Assembly: GCA_044223005.1 (NCBI GenBank)
Contig: JBGAML010000003.1
Span: forward strand, 160,001 to 224,000
Direction: 5' to 3'
DNA from: Candidatus Eiseniibacteriota bacterium
GTDB lineage: Bacteria; Eisenbacteria; RBG-16-71-46
DNA length: 64,000 nt
Under the pieces are notes generated by a model, which was not told where the DNA came from, made no database searches, and saw nothing but the letters and a program-made list of their open reading frames with translations. Positions within the stretch are counted from its first letter, which is position 1; every line of letters begins with the position of its first letter. The position numbers and the translations under genes were made by a program. Below are positions 42,547 to 52,292 of the stretch, one piece after another.

Positions 42547-43115
42547 CGCGCACCGCCCTTCGCGGCCGCCGCCGCGCGCTTGGCCTGCGGTGCGGGCGCG
42601 AGCGTGGCCGGAGCCGGCCCGCTCGTGCCCGCGTCCCTCGGCTTCTCCTCCAGGTTTCGCGCCGGCGTCCCGGCCATCGCCGCGGTCTTGGGGGCGCGCG
42701 CGGCGGCCGGCGTGCCGGCGGGGGTCCGCGCGGTCGAGACGTCGGCGGGCTTCGCGGCGCTCGCGGTGGGCGCGGGTGGCGCGGTGTGCAGGCGGCGGTC
42801 GAGATCGCGCTTCACGAGCGCGGGGACGGGCGAGCGCGCCGCCGCGGGACGCGGCGCGGCGGGACCGGTCGTCGTGACCGGTGCGGCCTTGACGTGCGCC
42901 GGCGCCAACGTCGTGGCCGTGGCGCGCACCGCAGCGGCGAGCGCGGCCGCTTCCTTCTCGCGCTGGGCAGCGGAACGGGGCGGCGATTGGGCGGTCGTGA
43001 GCGCGGTCCGCGCCTCGGGTTCCTTCGGTGCGGTGCTCGCGCCGGACGCTGCCGGGGCGACGAGGGCGAACGCCAGGGCGGCGAACGCGGGGACGAACAT
43101 CCGATGACGGTTCAT
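42543..43115 (-). CDS. Secreted Ala/Pro/Thr-rich low-complexity protein
   Basis: GGAGG RBS; signal peptide MNRHRMFVPAFAALAFALVAPAASG; stop overlaps next ATG (ATGA). Confidence 0.65.
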   Translation of the reverse strand: MNRHRMFVPAFAALAFALVAPAASGASTAPKEPEARTALTTAQSPPRSAAQREKEAAALAAAVRATATTLAPAHVKAAPVTTTGPAAPRPAAARSPVPALVKRDLDRRLHTAPPAPTASAAKPADVSTARTPAGTPAAARAPKTAAMAGTPARNLEEKPRDAGTSGPAPATLAPAPQAKRAAAAAKGGAR

Positions 43116-43351
43116 GTCGACCTCCGGGAGGAAGGGAGTGGCGCTCTCCGTAGGGGTCAGCGCCGTGCCCCCCACTCACGAACACGGAATTCGCGCCCCG
43201 ACCCGGACACGCCCTTGCGCGCGATCGACAGGGCCTCACGCCGCGCCGATCCGTGTCGAGATCGTGGCTCCCCGCCGTGCGCGGGCCCGTTTCAGGCGTT
43301 GACGGGGCTCCGTGTTACATTCGCCGCCCTCGCCCCCGAAGGGAGCGGGTG

Positions 43352-43702
43352 ATGGGCATCGCGCAGGATCGCGGGCGGGCTGGGGAGTCCCTGGCCCTGG
43401 CGTACCTGGAACTGGTGGGGTGCCGGCCGATCGCGCGGAACGTGCGGTTGGCCGGGGTGGAAGTGGACGTGGTCGTGGGCGACGGGCCGACGCGCGTGCT
43501 GGTCGAGGTCCGGACCCGGACGCGCGGCGACTTCGGCGGCGCCGCGGCCACGGTCGACGGCCGCAAGCGCGAGCGGCTCGTGCGTGCCGCACTCGCACTC
43601 GCGCAGCAGGGAGCGGCCCACGTTCGCGTGGACGTCGTCGCCATCGACGTGAGGCCGGACGGGGTCGTGATCACGCATCATCGCAACGCCGTGACGGACT
43701 GA
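43352..43702 (+). CDS. yraN: YraN family (UPF0102) endonuclease-fold protein
   Basis: GRAGESLALAYL, RNVR...EVDVV, VLVEVRTR, RVDVVAI. Confidence 0.88.
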   Translation: MGIAQDRGRAGESLALAYLELVGCRPIARNVRLAGVEVDVVVGDGPTRVLVEVRTRTRGDFGGAAATVDGRKRERLVRAALALAQQGAAHVRVDVVAIDVRPDGVVITHHRNAVTD

Positions 43703-43712
43703 CTGGAGCGAC

Positions 43713-45056
43713 ATGGTTCGACTGCCCCGCATCGGTCGACTGCGATTGCCGACGCTTTCCGACGCCCGCTGGCGCGCGCGGCTGCGCGCGCAGCGCGCGT
43801 GGTGGCGGCGCCGGCTCAAGGTGCTCGCGCGCGACCACGATGTGCTCTTCCCGGCCGCGGGCGGTGGCGTCGTCGCGGTCGAGACGCTGCAGGGCGGTGG
43901 TTCGGCGAGCGGTCCGCGCATCGCGATCCTGCACGCCACCGCCGGCAGCGGACATCGCAGCGCGGCGCAGGCCCTCGCGCGCGCTCTCGGCGATCTCTCA
44001 CCCGATGCTCTCGTGCGCGAGATGGACACGCTGGTGTTCGCGTCGCGCTTCTACCAGTCGACGTATGCGCAGGGTTACGACGCCATGGCCAAGCGCGCGC
44101 CGCGGCTCTGGGGCGCGCTCTACACGCTCTGGGAACAGCAGCCCGTTCATCGCAGCGCCGGGCCCGCGCGACTGGCGCTCGACCGGCTCTCGCTGCGGCG
44201 GCTCGTGCGCGTCGTCGAGCGCGAGGCGCCCGACGCGGTCGTGTGCACGCATTTCCTCCCGGTCGAGGCGCTCGCGCCCCGGCGCGGCCAGGGCCGCCTG
44301 CGTGTGCCGCTCTACTGCGTCATCACCGACTTCACCGCGCATCCGATGTGGGTGTACCCGCACGTCGACCGCTACTTCGTCGCCTCCGACGAGGTCGCCG
44401 CTGAACTGCACGGCCACGGCGTGCCCCGCGACCGCATCGAGGTGACGGGCATTCCCGTCGATCCGCGCTTCGCGCACGAGCTCGGGCGCGAGGCCGCGCG
44501 CACGCGCATGGGCCTCGATCCCGCGAAGCCCGTCGTGCTGGTGATGGGCGGCGGCAGCGGTGTCGGGCCGATGGCGGATCTCGCGAACCGGCTCGCCTCG
44601 ATCGACGCGGCGCCGCAGGTGGTGGTGGTTTGCGGCACCAACGTGCGCCTGCAGCGGCAGGTCGCGGCGCTGCCCGCGGCGCAGGCGGGCCAGGTGCACG
44701 CGCTCGGGTTCACGCAGGACGTCGACGTGTTGCTCGAGGCCGCGGACGCGGTTGTGAGCAAGGCCGGTGGCCTCACGTGCTCGGAGGCGCTCATCAAGCG
44801 CACGCCGCTCGTGGTGTTCCGGCCCACGCCCGGCCAGGAGGTGCGCAACGCGCAGTACCTCGAATCCGGCGGCGCCGCCGTGCACGTGGATTCGCCCGAG
44901 ATGGTCGCGGCGACCGTGATGCGCTGGCTCGCGGATCCCGCGGCGCTCGGCCGCGTGCGCGCCAATGCGGCGCGGCTCGCGCGCCCCGACGCGGCCGAGA
45001 CGATCGCGCGTCGCGTGCTGGCCGAGCTGCCGAACTCGGAACGCCGCGCGGGGTGA
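43713..45056 (+). CDS. Diacylglycerol glycosyltransferase (MGDG synthase/UgtP-like, GT28)
   Basis: AGSGHRSAAQAL, CTHFLP, VITDF..HPMW, TGIPV, KAGGLTCSEAL, PGQEVRNA. Confidence 0.88.
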   Translation: MVRLPRIGRLRLPTLSDARWRARLRAQRAWWRRRLKVLARDHDVLFPAAGGGVVAVETLQGGGSASGPRIAILHATAGSGHRSAAQALARALGDLSPDALVREMDTLVFASRFYQSTYAQGYDAMAKRAPRLWGALYTLWEQQPVHRSAGPARLALDRLSLRRLVRVVEREAPDAVVCTHFLPVEALAPRRGQGRLRVPLYCVITDFTAHPMWVYPHVDRYFVASDEVAAELHGHGVPRDRIEVTGIPVDPRFAHELGREAARTRMGLDPAKPVVLVMGGGSGVGPMADLANRLASIDAAPQVVVVCGTNVRLQRQVAALPAAQAGQVHALGFTQDVDVLLEAADAVVSKAGGLTCSEALIKRTPLVVFRPTPGQEVRNAQYLESGGAAVHVDSPEMVAATVMRWLADPAALGRVRANAARLARPDAAETIARRVLAELPNSERRAG

Positions 45057-45059
45057 CGT

Positions 45060-46622
45060 TCAGCGCGCGCGGACCTCGCGCGCGAACGCCTCGAGATCGT
45101 CCCAGCGCTCCTGCCACGTCGTGTACATGACCGCGTAGGCGCCGCGCGTGTTCTCGAGGATCGGCAGGATGCGCTGGATCTCGCCGGGTGGCCGGTCGTA
45201 GTAGCCGGCCCAGACCTGGCGGTGGCCGCGCAGCGCAAACCCGCGCAACGACGGCGCGGCACGCGCGCCGTTCCAGTTGACGACGTCGATCGCGCGCGGG
45301 AGCGCATCGCCCGCACCCGCGAGCCCGCCGCGCACGAGGTAGTAGTCCGGCACCGCGTTCTGCAGTGGGTCGAAGAGGTCGCCCCACACGCACATGCGCG
45401 CGTCGCCCGCCGCACCCGCGAGCGCACGCACATTCGCCGCCAGGATCTGCGCCGAGGGCAGCCCGCTCTCGAGGCAGGTCGAGTCCTGGCCCAGCGCGCG
45501 GATCTCGTCGTGCATGAGGAAGATCGTGCGCGCCCCGAACAGCTCGCGCGTGCGCTGCACCTCGTCGCGCTGCCGGGCGATCACGTTCGAGTCGGCGAGG
45601 CAGCACGCCACCTGGCCGCGCAGCAGCACGGCCGCCTGCCACCACGACGCACGCAGCTCGGTGCCGTCGGGGCGCCGCACGCGCGGCACCGGTGGCTCGT
45701 GCCACGTGTCGAAGCGCGCGCGACCGCGCCCGCGCCCGAGCAGCGTGTCCACGACCGCGTCGAAGTCCCGGCCCTCCGCGAGGCCGGCGAACCGGAACGC
45801 CATGCCCGGGCGGCGCACCATGTGGATGGGGCCGGTCTCCTCGATCCGCCACGAGGACCACGTCAGCGCGCCGCGCGAGGCGCGCGTGGAGCTGAACGTG
45901 ATCGTGACGCGCCGGTGCGCCTGCGAGTCGAACACGACGTCGCGCCACTCCGCGGAATCCGCCGCCGGAACCGCGACGCTCGCGAACGCGAGTTCCTTGC
46001 CATCGCCGGTGACGCGTACGCGGGGCTCGCCGCGGAACTCCTTCGCGGCGAGGCGCACCGATACGTGGTACGAGCGCCACGGCGCCACGTCGATCGTCCA
46101 GGCGACGCGCGTGGCGCCGCCCGGGACGCGCGCGACGCCCGGGGAGACGCGCACGCCGGCGTCGACGCGATCCGGCCGCGCCGCGAGCGCGACCGGCGGA
46201 TCGGCGACGAGGAACGCGCGGCCGCCGCGCACCACATAGCGCGCATCTCGCACGGGGAGCGCTTCGGCGAGGTTCGGGTCCGCGGCGAGCAGGCCGTCCT
46301 GCGCGCGGCCCGCGAGGCAGACGCCGGGCACGATCTCGAGCCGCAGCGAATCCGCGAGCGTACGCAGCCGGTGCGCGCGCGCGAGCCACGTGGAGTCCTG
46401 GTCGAGCGGCCGCGCGAACCGCGCATCGACGAGCACCACGCGCGAGTATCCGGCCGCCGCGGCGCGCGCCCAGAGCGGGCCGATCCGCGCGAACGCCGCG
46501 GAATCGGCGAGGCTCGTGCTCTGGTAGAACCAGAGCTCGAGCGGGGAGCGCGGCGTTCGGGGCGTGCACGCGAGCCCGAGGAGTGCGGCGGCGAGCGCGA
46601 GCCGCGCGGGGAGGGAGCGCAT
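45060..46622 (-). CDS. Lipoprotein with putative glycoside-hydrolase (GH20-like) domain and inserted beta-sandwich
   Basis: Lipobox GLA/C; FLMHDEI acid-pair motif, VWGDLFDP, VVNWN, AGYYD, VMYTTW. Confidence 0.6.
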   Translation of the reverse strand: MRSLPARLALAAALLGLACTPRTPRSPLELWFYQSTSLADSAAFARIGPLWARAAAAGYSRVVLVDARFARPLDQDSTWLARAHRLRTLADSLRLEIVPGVCLAGRAQDGLLAADPNLAEALPVRDARYVVRGGRAFLVADPPVALAARPDRVDAGVRVSPGVARVPGGATRVAWTIDVAPWRSYHVSVRLAAKEFRGEPRVRVTGDGKELAFASVAVPAADSAEWRDVVFDSQAHRRVTITFSSTRASRGALTWSSWRIEETGPIHMVRRPGMAFRFAGLAEGRDFDAVVDTLLGRGRGRARFDTWHEPPVPRVRRPDGTELRASWWQAAVLLRGQVACCLADSNVIARQRDEVQRTRELFGARTIFLMHDEIRALGQDSTCLESGLPSAQILAANVRALAGAAGDARMCVWGDLFDPLQNAVPDYYLVRGGLAGAGDALPRAIDVVNWNGARAAPSLRGFALRGHRQVWAGYYDRPPGEIQRILPILENTRGAYAVMYTTWQERWDDLEAFAREVRAR

Positions 46623-46755
46623 GCGCGCACGGTACTCCACGCGCGCACGTGGCGTCAGCATCGCCTCGCGGGATTCCGGGCGGTCGTGACGGCGCACGAC
46701 GGCTGTGGCAGGCTCGCGCCCTGCGTTCCCCCCGTCTCGTTCCGAGGAGCCCCAC

Positions 46756-47421
46756 ATGGCCCGCCTTCGCCCCCTGCTCGCCACGCTCGCGCTGCTCACC
46801 GCGCTCGCGCCCGCCGCCCATGCGGACGGCAAGGTCGAGCTCTACGGCCTGCGCATGGATCCCAATGTCCAGGACTCGAAGCAGTACAGCCGCCACGGTT
46901 GGGGAGGCGGCGTCGAACTGGTCGCGCCGCTGCCCACCGCGCAGAAGCTCTTCGCCGGCGTCGTCGGCGTCGAGGGCGTGAACCTGCTCGCGCAGACCGT
47001 GAAGTTCCAGGACGCGCTCACGGGCCTGCGCGTCGAGCAGCAGACGAGCCAGAACTACGGCCGTCTCTTCGCGGGCGTGCAGGTCGGCTCGCACAGCTCG
47101 GGTTTCCTGCGGCCCTACGTCGGCGCCAACGTCGCGGCGGTGTGGTACGAGATCCACACCGACGTCGTCGTGCCCGACGATTCGAATCGCGAGAACGAGA
47201 TCCGGCAGAACCTGAAGCGTCGCGACGAGGTCGCGTTCGGCTGGGATGCGAACGCCGGCGTCGACCTGAACTTCCGCAACCGCTGGAACATCGATGCCGG
47301 CGTGCGCGTGCTGCACGCGTACGGCGTGCCGCAGCAACTCGGCGACGGCGCGGTGACGATCCATCCCGGCTACGTGCAGTACCGGATCGGCGTCGGGATC
47401 GGGCTCGGCCTGCTCGACTGA
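46756..47421 (+). CDS. Outer-membrane beta-barrel protein (OmpW/OmpA-like)
   Basis: GAGGAG RBS; signal peptide AHA; amphipathic strands, LRPYVGA, FGWDANAGVD. Confidence 0.78.
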   Translation: MARLRPLLATLALLTALAPAAHADGKVELYGLRMDPNVQDSKQYSRHGWGGGVELVAPLPTAQKLFAGVVGVEGVNLLAQTVKFQDALTGLRVEQQTSQNYGRLFAGVQVGSHSSGFLRPYVGANVAAVWYEIHTDVVVPDDSNRENEIRQNLKRRDEVAFGWDANAGVDLNFRNRWNIDAGVRVLHAYGVPQQLGDGAVTIHPGYVQYRIGVGIGLGLLD

Positions 47422-47445
47422 CGCGCGGCCCGGCCCGGAAAGCGA

Positions 47446-47475
47446 ATCGGCCGGTCTCCGTGGAGACCGGCCGAT
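47446..47475 (+). terminator. Stem-loop after the OMP gene
   Basis: ATCGGCCGGTCTC-CGTG-GAGACCGGCCGAT, 13-bp perfect stem. Confidence 0.55.
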
Positions 47476-47658
47476 CGATCGCCGCCGGGGGTGCGGGATG
47501 CATGCGGGCGAAAGCAGTGCCCGGCGGAAGACATGGGCGTTGATCGCGCGAAACGAGCGGGGAGGATGGACTCACGCGCGACGCGACGGGCTTCAGATGC
47601 CGCGCACGGCGAACGGGTTCGCATATTCTTCCTGCGGCCGCCGGCCACGCGGCCGTGC

Positions 47659-47688
47659 TTGACCGCCCGCGCGCCGCGCCGCTAGCGT
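47659..47688 (+). promoter_or_regulatory. Sigma70-type promoter of meaB
   Basis: TTGACC-N18-TAGCGT; overlaps the ORF-track GTG at 47687, implying a downstream start. Confidence 0.5.
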
Positions 47689-47755
47689 GACCGCGTCATC
47701 TCACTGGCCCGCAAAATCTTCGCCGCCTCCGGGCGGCCGACCTGGAGCCGCTCCC

Positions 47756-48700
47756 TTGCCGGAACTCGCCTCCCCGCAACTCCTCGAGGGCCTGCTCGCG
47801 GGCGGCCGCGTACCGTTGGCGCGGGCGATCTCGTGGGTCGAGAACGAGCACCCCGGCGCAGCCGAGGTGCTCGACACCTGCTTCGCGCGTTCGGGCCAGG
47901 CGTTCCGGATCGGCGTCACCGGCCCGCCCGGCGCGGGCAAGAGCACGCTCGTCACCAAGCTCGCGCTCGAGTACCGCGCGCGGGGCGAGACGGTCGCGAT
48001 CGTCGCCGTGGATCCGACGAGCCCGTTCTCCGGCGGCGCGCTGCTCGGCGATCGCGTGCGCATGAACGAACTCTCGGGTGATCCCGGCGTGTTCATCCGC
48101 TCCATGGCGACGCGCGGCAGCCTCGGCGGACTCGCCGTGCACACCGCGCAGGTGTGCGACGTGCTCGACGCCGCGGGTTTCCGCCGCATCCTCATCGAGA
48201 CGGTGGGCGTGGGGCAGAGCGAGCTCGAGGTCGCGCAGACGGCGGACACGACCGCGGTGGTGCTCGTGCCCGAATCGGGCGACGCCGTGCAGGCGATGAA
48301 GGCGGGACTCATGGAGATCGCGGACGTGTTCGTGATCAACAAGTCCGACCGCGACGGCGCCGAGCGCGCGGCGAGCGCGATCCGCCAGGCGCTCGAGCTG
48401 CGCGCGCCGACCAGCGCGTGGAACATCCCCGTCGAGCAGACCGTGGCCTCGATTGGCCGCGGCGTCGGCGTGCTCGCCGACCGCTTCGAGGAGCACCTCG
48501 TCTTCCTGCGCGAGACGGGCGCGCTCGAACGGCGCCGCCGGCAGCGGCTCGAGCAGCGGCTCGGCGAACTGCTGCGCGCGCGGCTCTGGGAGCGCTTCCG
48601 CGACGGGCTCCCCGCCGGCGCGTGGGACGAAGCGCTCGGCGCGCTGGCCACGCGCGCGCTCACCCCGCACCAGGCGGCGGCGAAGCTGCTGGGGCAGTAG
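47756..48700 (+). CDS. meaB: Acyl-CoA mutase-associated GTPase chaperone MeaB/ArgK
   Basis: GPPGAGKST, VDPTSPFSGGALLGDRVRM, ETVGVGQSE, KAGLMEIAD, NKSD; in-frame TTG 47756 with GGAG RBS (alternative start 47687). Confidence 0.93.
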   Translation: MPELASPQLLEGLLAGGRVPLARAISWVENEHPGAAEVLDTCFARSGQAFRIGVTGPPGAGKSTLVTKLALEYRARGETVAIVAVDPTSPFSGGALLGDRVRMNELSGDPGVFIRSMATRGSLGGLAVHTAQVCDVLDAAGFRRILIETVGVGQSELEVAQTADTTAVVLVPESGDAVQAMKAGLMEIADVFVINKSDRDGAERAASAIRQALELRAPTSAWNIPVEQTVASIGRGVGVLADRFEEHLVFLRETGALERRRRQRLEQRLGELLRARLWERFRDGLPAGAWDEALGALATRALTPHQAAAKLLGQ

Positions 48701-48868
48701 CGGACCGGGGAGGGCGGGCGCCGCGACGGGCCCGCGTTGTCCGGCCGGGGAACGGCGACTTCCGTCCGAGCGAACCGATTCTGGAGTGCTACAATTCCCT
48801 CCGAGCGAACGGCCCGGACCGTCCCCCCGCTGATGTCGATCGTCGTGCCTTACGACGGAGGTGGACGC

Positions 48869-50671
48869 ATGAACGCTTGCTTCGACGCACCTCGCAACTT
48901 GGCCTTCGCACTCCTGGCTGTCGCGGCCCTGGCCGCGTGTGTGGCCCGGCCAGCCTCGGCCGCATGGAGCTCCGCTCCGGCCGAGATTCATGCCACCACC
49001 GACATCTGCGCCCCGGTCAGTGCGTGCGCCGACGGAACGCACGGTGCCGTGGTCGTGTGGCAGCAGCAGACCGGGGGCACCATCGGCCCGATCCTCGCCC
49101 GACACGTGCTGTCGAGCGGTAATGTGGACCCCGCGTGGCCCGCGCCCGCGACAGTGTGCGCCACCGTCGCCGCGCGCGGCGCGCTCGGCGCGATCGCCGA
49201 CGATCTGGGCGGCGCGTACGTCTGGTGGACGTCGGGCGCCACGCTCTTGCTGACGCGCATCGGCCCCGACGGCGCGATCGCGGCCGGCTGGCCGGCGGCC
49301 GGGCGTGTGCTCGGCCAGCTTCCGAGCTCGAAGCACCGGCCCAACGTCACGACGGACGGGGCGCACGGCGTCTACCTGTCGTGGACGACGAACGAGTTCT
49401 CACTCACCAGCTCCTACCAGCTCGTGCTCGTGCATCTCGGGCCGGCGAACACGGCCGCGGGCGGCTTTCCCGCGAGCGGCCGGCGTGTGATCGGAGCGCC
49501 CGAGGACGACGCGGAGTGGGTCGGCTCGCACGCGATCGCGCCCGCGAGCGGCGGTGGTCTCTGGGTGCTCAAGGGCACCTCGATTCCCGACGTGGCGAGC
49601 TTCCTCGACGGCGAGTGGCGGCTCACGCGGCTCACGGCCGCGGGACTTCCCGCGGCAGGCTGGGACGCGCACGGAGTGGTGATCGGAACGTTCCCGGGCG
49701 CGCGACTCGACAGCGACTGGTCCGGCTGGATGAATCCCGTCTTCGACGGCTGCCTGCCGATGACCGGGCTCTCCGCGATCGCCGAGGACGGCGCGGGCGG
49801 CGTGTACGTGGAGCGTCATGAGCCAGTTCCGGATGCGACGCCGCTGCAGATGCAACCGCACCTGTATCGGCTCGATGCCGCGGGCTCGCCGTTCGCGGGC
49901 TGGCCCGCGGGCGGCGTGCTCTTCGACGCCGGCACGACGATGACGGCCGACTTCGGAGCCGACTTCTCGCTGCGCGCGCTGCCGGACGGGGCGGGAAACG
50001 TGTACGCAGGGCACATGCTCGGATACACCGACAGCGAGCCGCTGTTCGGCTACGCTCGCGTCTCGTCGGCGGCGATCGGGCTCGCGGGCGGCGTCTCCAC
50101 CCAGGCCGTGGGAGCCGATGCCGTGCTCCGCGGCGACGGCGGGCTCTTCCTGGCCGGATTCAATCCCCAGGGTCCCTGGCACCTGTACGCCGGGCCGGCG
50201 TTCGTCCAGGTCGTGCAGTCCGAGCCGGGACCGACCTGGGTCGAGTACCACAACGAGCAACTGACAGTCTTCTACGACGACGTCGCGATGGCGAGTACCG
50301 AGGACGGCGGCGCGATCCTGTTCTGGTCGCAGGAGAGCGTGCGGCACGGAATCTACGCGATGAAAGTGGACCTGCACGGCCCGGTGACGGGCGTGCCGGG
50401 CCCCACGCTCGCGGGGCCCTCGCGCCTCGCACTGCATTTCGGCGCGGGCCTCGGCGTCACCGCGTTCGCGACGTTCGCGGCGCCGGGACGAGTGCGGGCG
50501 CGGCTCCACGACCTGGCGGGGCGCATCGTCTCCGAATCGGAGTTCGTCGCGACCGCTGGTCCGCGCTCGTGGCTGTTGCCGGGAACCGCGTCGCTGCCCG
50601 CGGGGATCTACCTCGCGCGCATCGACCGTGGCGGGGAGTCTCTGCGCGCCAAGGTCGCGGTCGTTCGCTGA
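48869..50671 (+). CDS. Secreted protein with GWP-type repeats and T9SS/FlgD-like C-terminal domain (paralog 1)
   Basis: GGAGG RBS; signal peptide ASA; repeated DG.GG and AAGWPA.G motifs; C-terminal DLAGR...LPAGIYLARI. Confidence 0.75.
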   Translation: MNACFDAPRNLAFALLAVAALAACVARPASAAWSSAPAEIHATTDICAPVSACADGTHGAVVVWQQQTGGTIGPILARHVLSSGNVDPAWPAPATVCATVAARGALGAIADDLGGAYVWWTSGATLLLTRIGPDGAIAAGWPAAGRVLGQLPSSKHRPNVTTDGAHGVYLSWTTNEFSLTSSYQLVLVHLGPANTAAGGFPASGRRVIGAPEDDAEWVGSHAIAPASGGGLWVLKGTSIPDVASFLDGEWRLTRLTAAGLPAAGWDAHGVVIGTFPGARLDSDWSGWMNPVFDGCLPMTGLSAIAEDGAGGVYVERHEPVPDATPLQMQPHLYRLDAAGSPFAGWPAGGVLFDAGTTMTADFGADFSLRALPDGAGNVYAGHMLGYTDSEPLFGYARVSSAAIGLAGGVSTQAVGADAVLRGDGGLFLAGFNPQGPWHLYAGPAFVQVVQSEPGPTWVEYHNEQLTVFYDDVAMASTEDGGAILFWSQESVRHGIYAMKVDLHGPVTGVPGPTLAGPSRLALHFGAGLGVTAFATFAAPGRVRARLHDLAGRIVSESEFVATAGPRSWLLPGTASLPAGIYLARIDRGGESLRAKVAVVR

Positions 50672-50720
50672 TCGCGCGCTGCGGACGGTGTGGCGCGGCG
50701 AGCCGCCCCACACCGGTCCG

Positions 50721-52040
50721 TCACCCGGCGGCCGTCGCCTCCGCCCACGCGAGCGAATCCACGTAGGCGCGATCGAGCGCGCCGTCGTCGACCGCCACCG
50801 CCTGCTTCACCGCGTCCACGGTGGACCAGTCGCCGACCTGGTAGGCCGAGACCAGCTGCAGCGCCGGCCCCAGCGGCGTTTCGCCCGCCAGCAGCGCGGT
50901 GCGCACCCGCTCGGAGACCGCGAGGCCGCCGAGCACCTCGGCCAGCGGCCGGCCGATCATCGTGTCCACGAGCGAGAGCATGCCACCGAGGAAGAGTTCG
51001 CTCCCGTGCTCCTGCAGGCCGCTCTCGGGCGCGATGCGCTCGGCGAAGCGCGCGCGGCTGAGCGCGGTGAGCGAGAGTTCGTGGGGCTTGTCGTCGGCGA
51101 GCGAAAGCAGCCCCATCATCATCGCCCACTGCCGCAGCGGCCGCAGGCCGATCACGTTGAGCGCGTGGCGCAGCGATCCGATCTCGTGCCGCCAGCCGAA
51201 CGCGGCGGAGTTCAGGTAGCGGAGCAGGCGCACCGTGAGCGCCGGATCCGTGCGGAAGAGCTCCTCGAGCTTCTCGAACGACGCCTCCTCGCGGCTCACC
51301 TCGGCGAGGAACCGGATCGCCGAGAGCTTGGAGGGCGTCAGGTCGCGCGTCTGGATCATCTGCGGCTTGCAGAAGAAGTAGCCCTGGAAGAGGTGGTAGC
51401 CCGCGGCCATCGCGGCCCGATGCTCCTCGTGCGTCTCCACCTTCTCGGCCAGCAGCGTGAGCCGGCGCCGGTGGAGCGGCTCGAGCGCTCGCGTGTCGCA
51501 GACGTTCTTCCCGAGCTTGAAGTCCACCTTCACCAGGTCGACCACGTCGAGCAGCGGATCGGACGCGGGGGAGAAGGTGTAGTCGTCGAGCGCGAGCCGG
51601 TAGCCGTCGGCCTTGATCGCGCGGCACGCTTCGATCACCTCGCGGTCGGGCTCGATCGTCTCGAGCAGCTCCACGACCGCGCGCTCGGGCGGCAGCATGC
51701 GGTGGTAGCCGGCGAGCAGCGCGCGCCGCGTCATGTTCACGAACGCGCGACGGTCGCCGACGAGCGCATCGAGCCCGAACGCCGCCGCGCTCTGTTCGAT
51801 CGTGGCGGCCGAGGCCATCTCGACGTCGGTCCCCGGGTCGAACCGGTTCTCGGGTCCGCCGCGGAAGAGGATCTCGTAGCCCTCGAGCTTGGAGTCGCGC
51901 CCGAGGATCGGCTGGCGCGCCGCGTAGAGCGTGCGCACGTTCGGTGCGGGCGGCGCGTCGTCGGCCGCGGGCGTGGACTCGGGCGCGGGCGCGGCGTCGG
52001 TGTTCGCGGCGGCGCGGCGCTGCCAGGGCATGCGGAACAT
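50721..52040 (-). CDS. EAL and HDOD domain protein (YuxH/PdeH-like c-di-GMP phosphodiesterase)
   Basis: ARQPI..GYEILFR, FVN, VELLE, LALDDY, VKVD, LAEKVE, FQGYFF; HDOD: DPALTVRLLRYLNS, LFLGGMLSLVD. Confidence 0.9.
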   Translation of the reverse strand: MFRMPWQRRAAANTDAAPAPESTPAADDAPPAPNVRTLYAARQPILGRDSKLEGYEILFRGGPENRFDPGTDVEMASAATIEQSAAAFGLDALVGDRRAFVNMTRRALLAGYHRMLPPERAVVELLETIEPDREVIEACRAIKADGYRLALDDYTFSPASDPLLDVVDLVKVDFKLGKNVCDTRALEPLHRRRLTLLAEKVETHEEHRAAMAAGYHLFQGYFFCKPQMIQTRDLTPSKLSAIRFLAEVSREEASFEKLEELFRTDPALTVRLLRYLNSAAFGWRHEIGSLRHALNVIGLRPLRQWAMMMGLLSLADDKPHELSLTALSRARFAERIAPESGLQEHGSELFLGGMLSLVDTMIGRPLAEVLGGLAVSERVRTALLAGETPLGPALQLVSAYQVGDWSTVDAVKQAVAVDDGALDRAYVDSLAWAEATAAG

Positions 52041-52292
52041 GGCGGACTCGCGGCCCCCTCGTGGACGGACACGGTCGCCGGGCCCCTCGCGACGCGTCCG
52101 GACCGCCCCAGGCCCCTCGCCGGGCGGTCATCAGGAAGGAGATCGGACGCGCGGGGGGGCGACTTGAGGAGAGCGTGCCGACCCGCTGTTCGCGGTTGGG
52201 CGCGGCCGCCGGAGATGGGAGAATCGACGGGTCTGGCCCGGGACCAGTCCCCTCCCGTCGTGCCGGCGGAACTGCACCGTGGGAGGTGCCTC

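Noticed and set aside
42547..43239. ORF-track 5' extension making the secreted repeat protein 1216 aa
   Set aside because: The signal peptide begins at ATG 42546 and the extension overlaps a better-supported gene in another frame
47476..47755. Possible cobalamin or c-di-GMP riboswitch upstream of meaB (also looked at 54012-54224)
   Set aside because: No B12-box or GEMM consensus recognisable by eye; an Rfam scan would be needed to exclude it fully
47687..47755. GTG 47687 as the meaB start
   Set aside because: It overlaps the predicted -10 hexamer; in-frame TTG 47756 has a GGAG RBS
50628..52292. Apparent 1127-aa ORF on the + strand
   Set aside because: The N-terminal half is antisense to the EAL-HDOD gene; the real start is GTG 52293 with RBS and signal peptide
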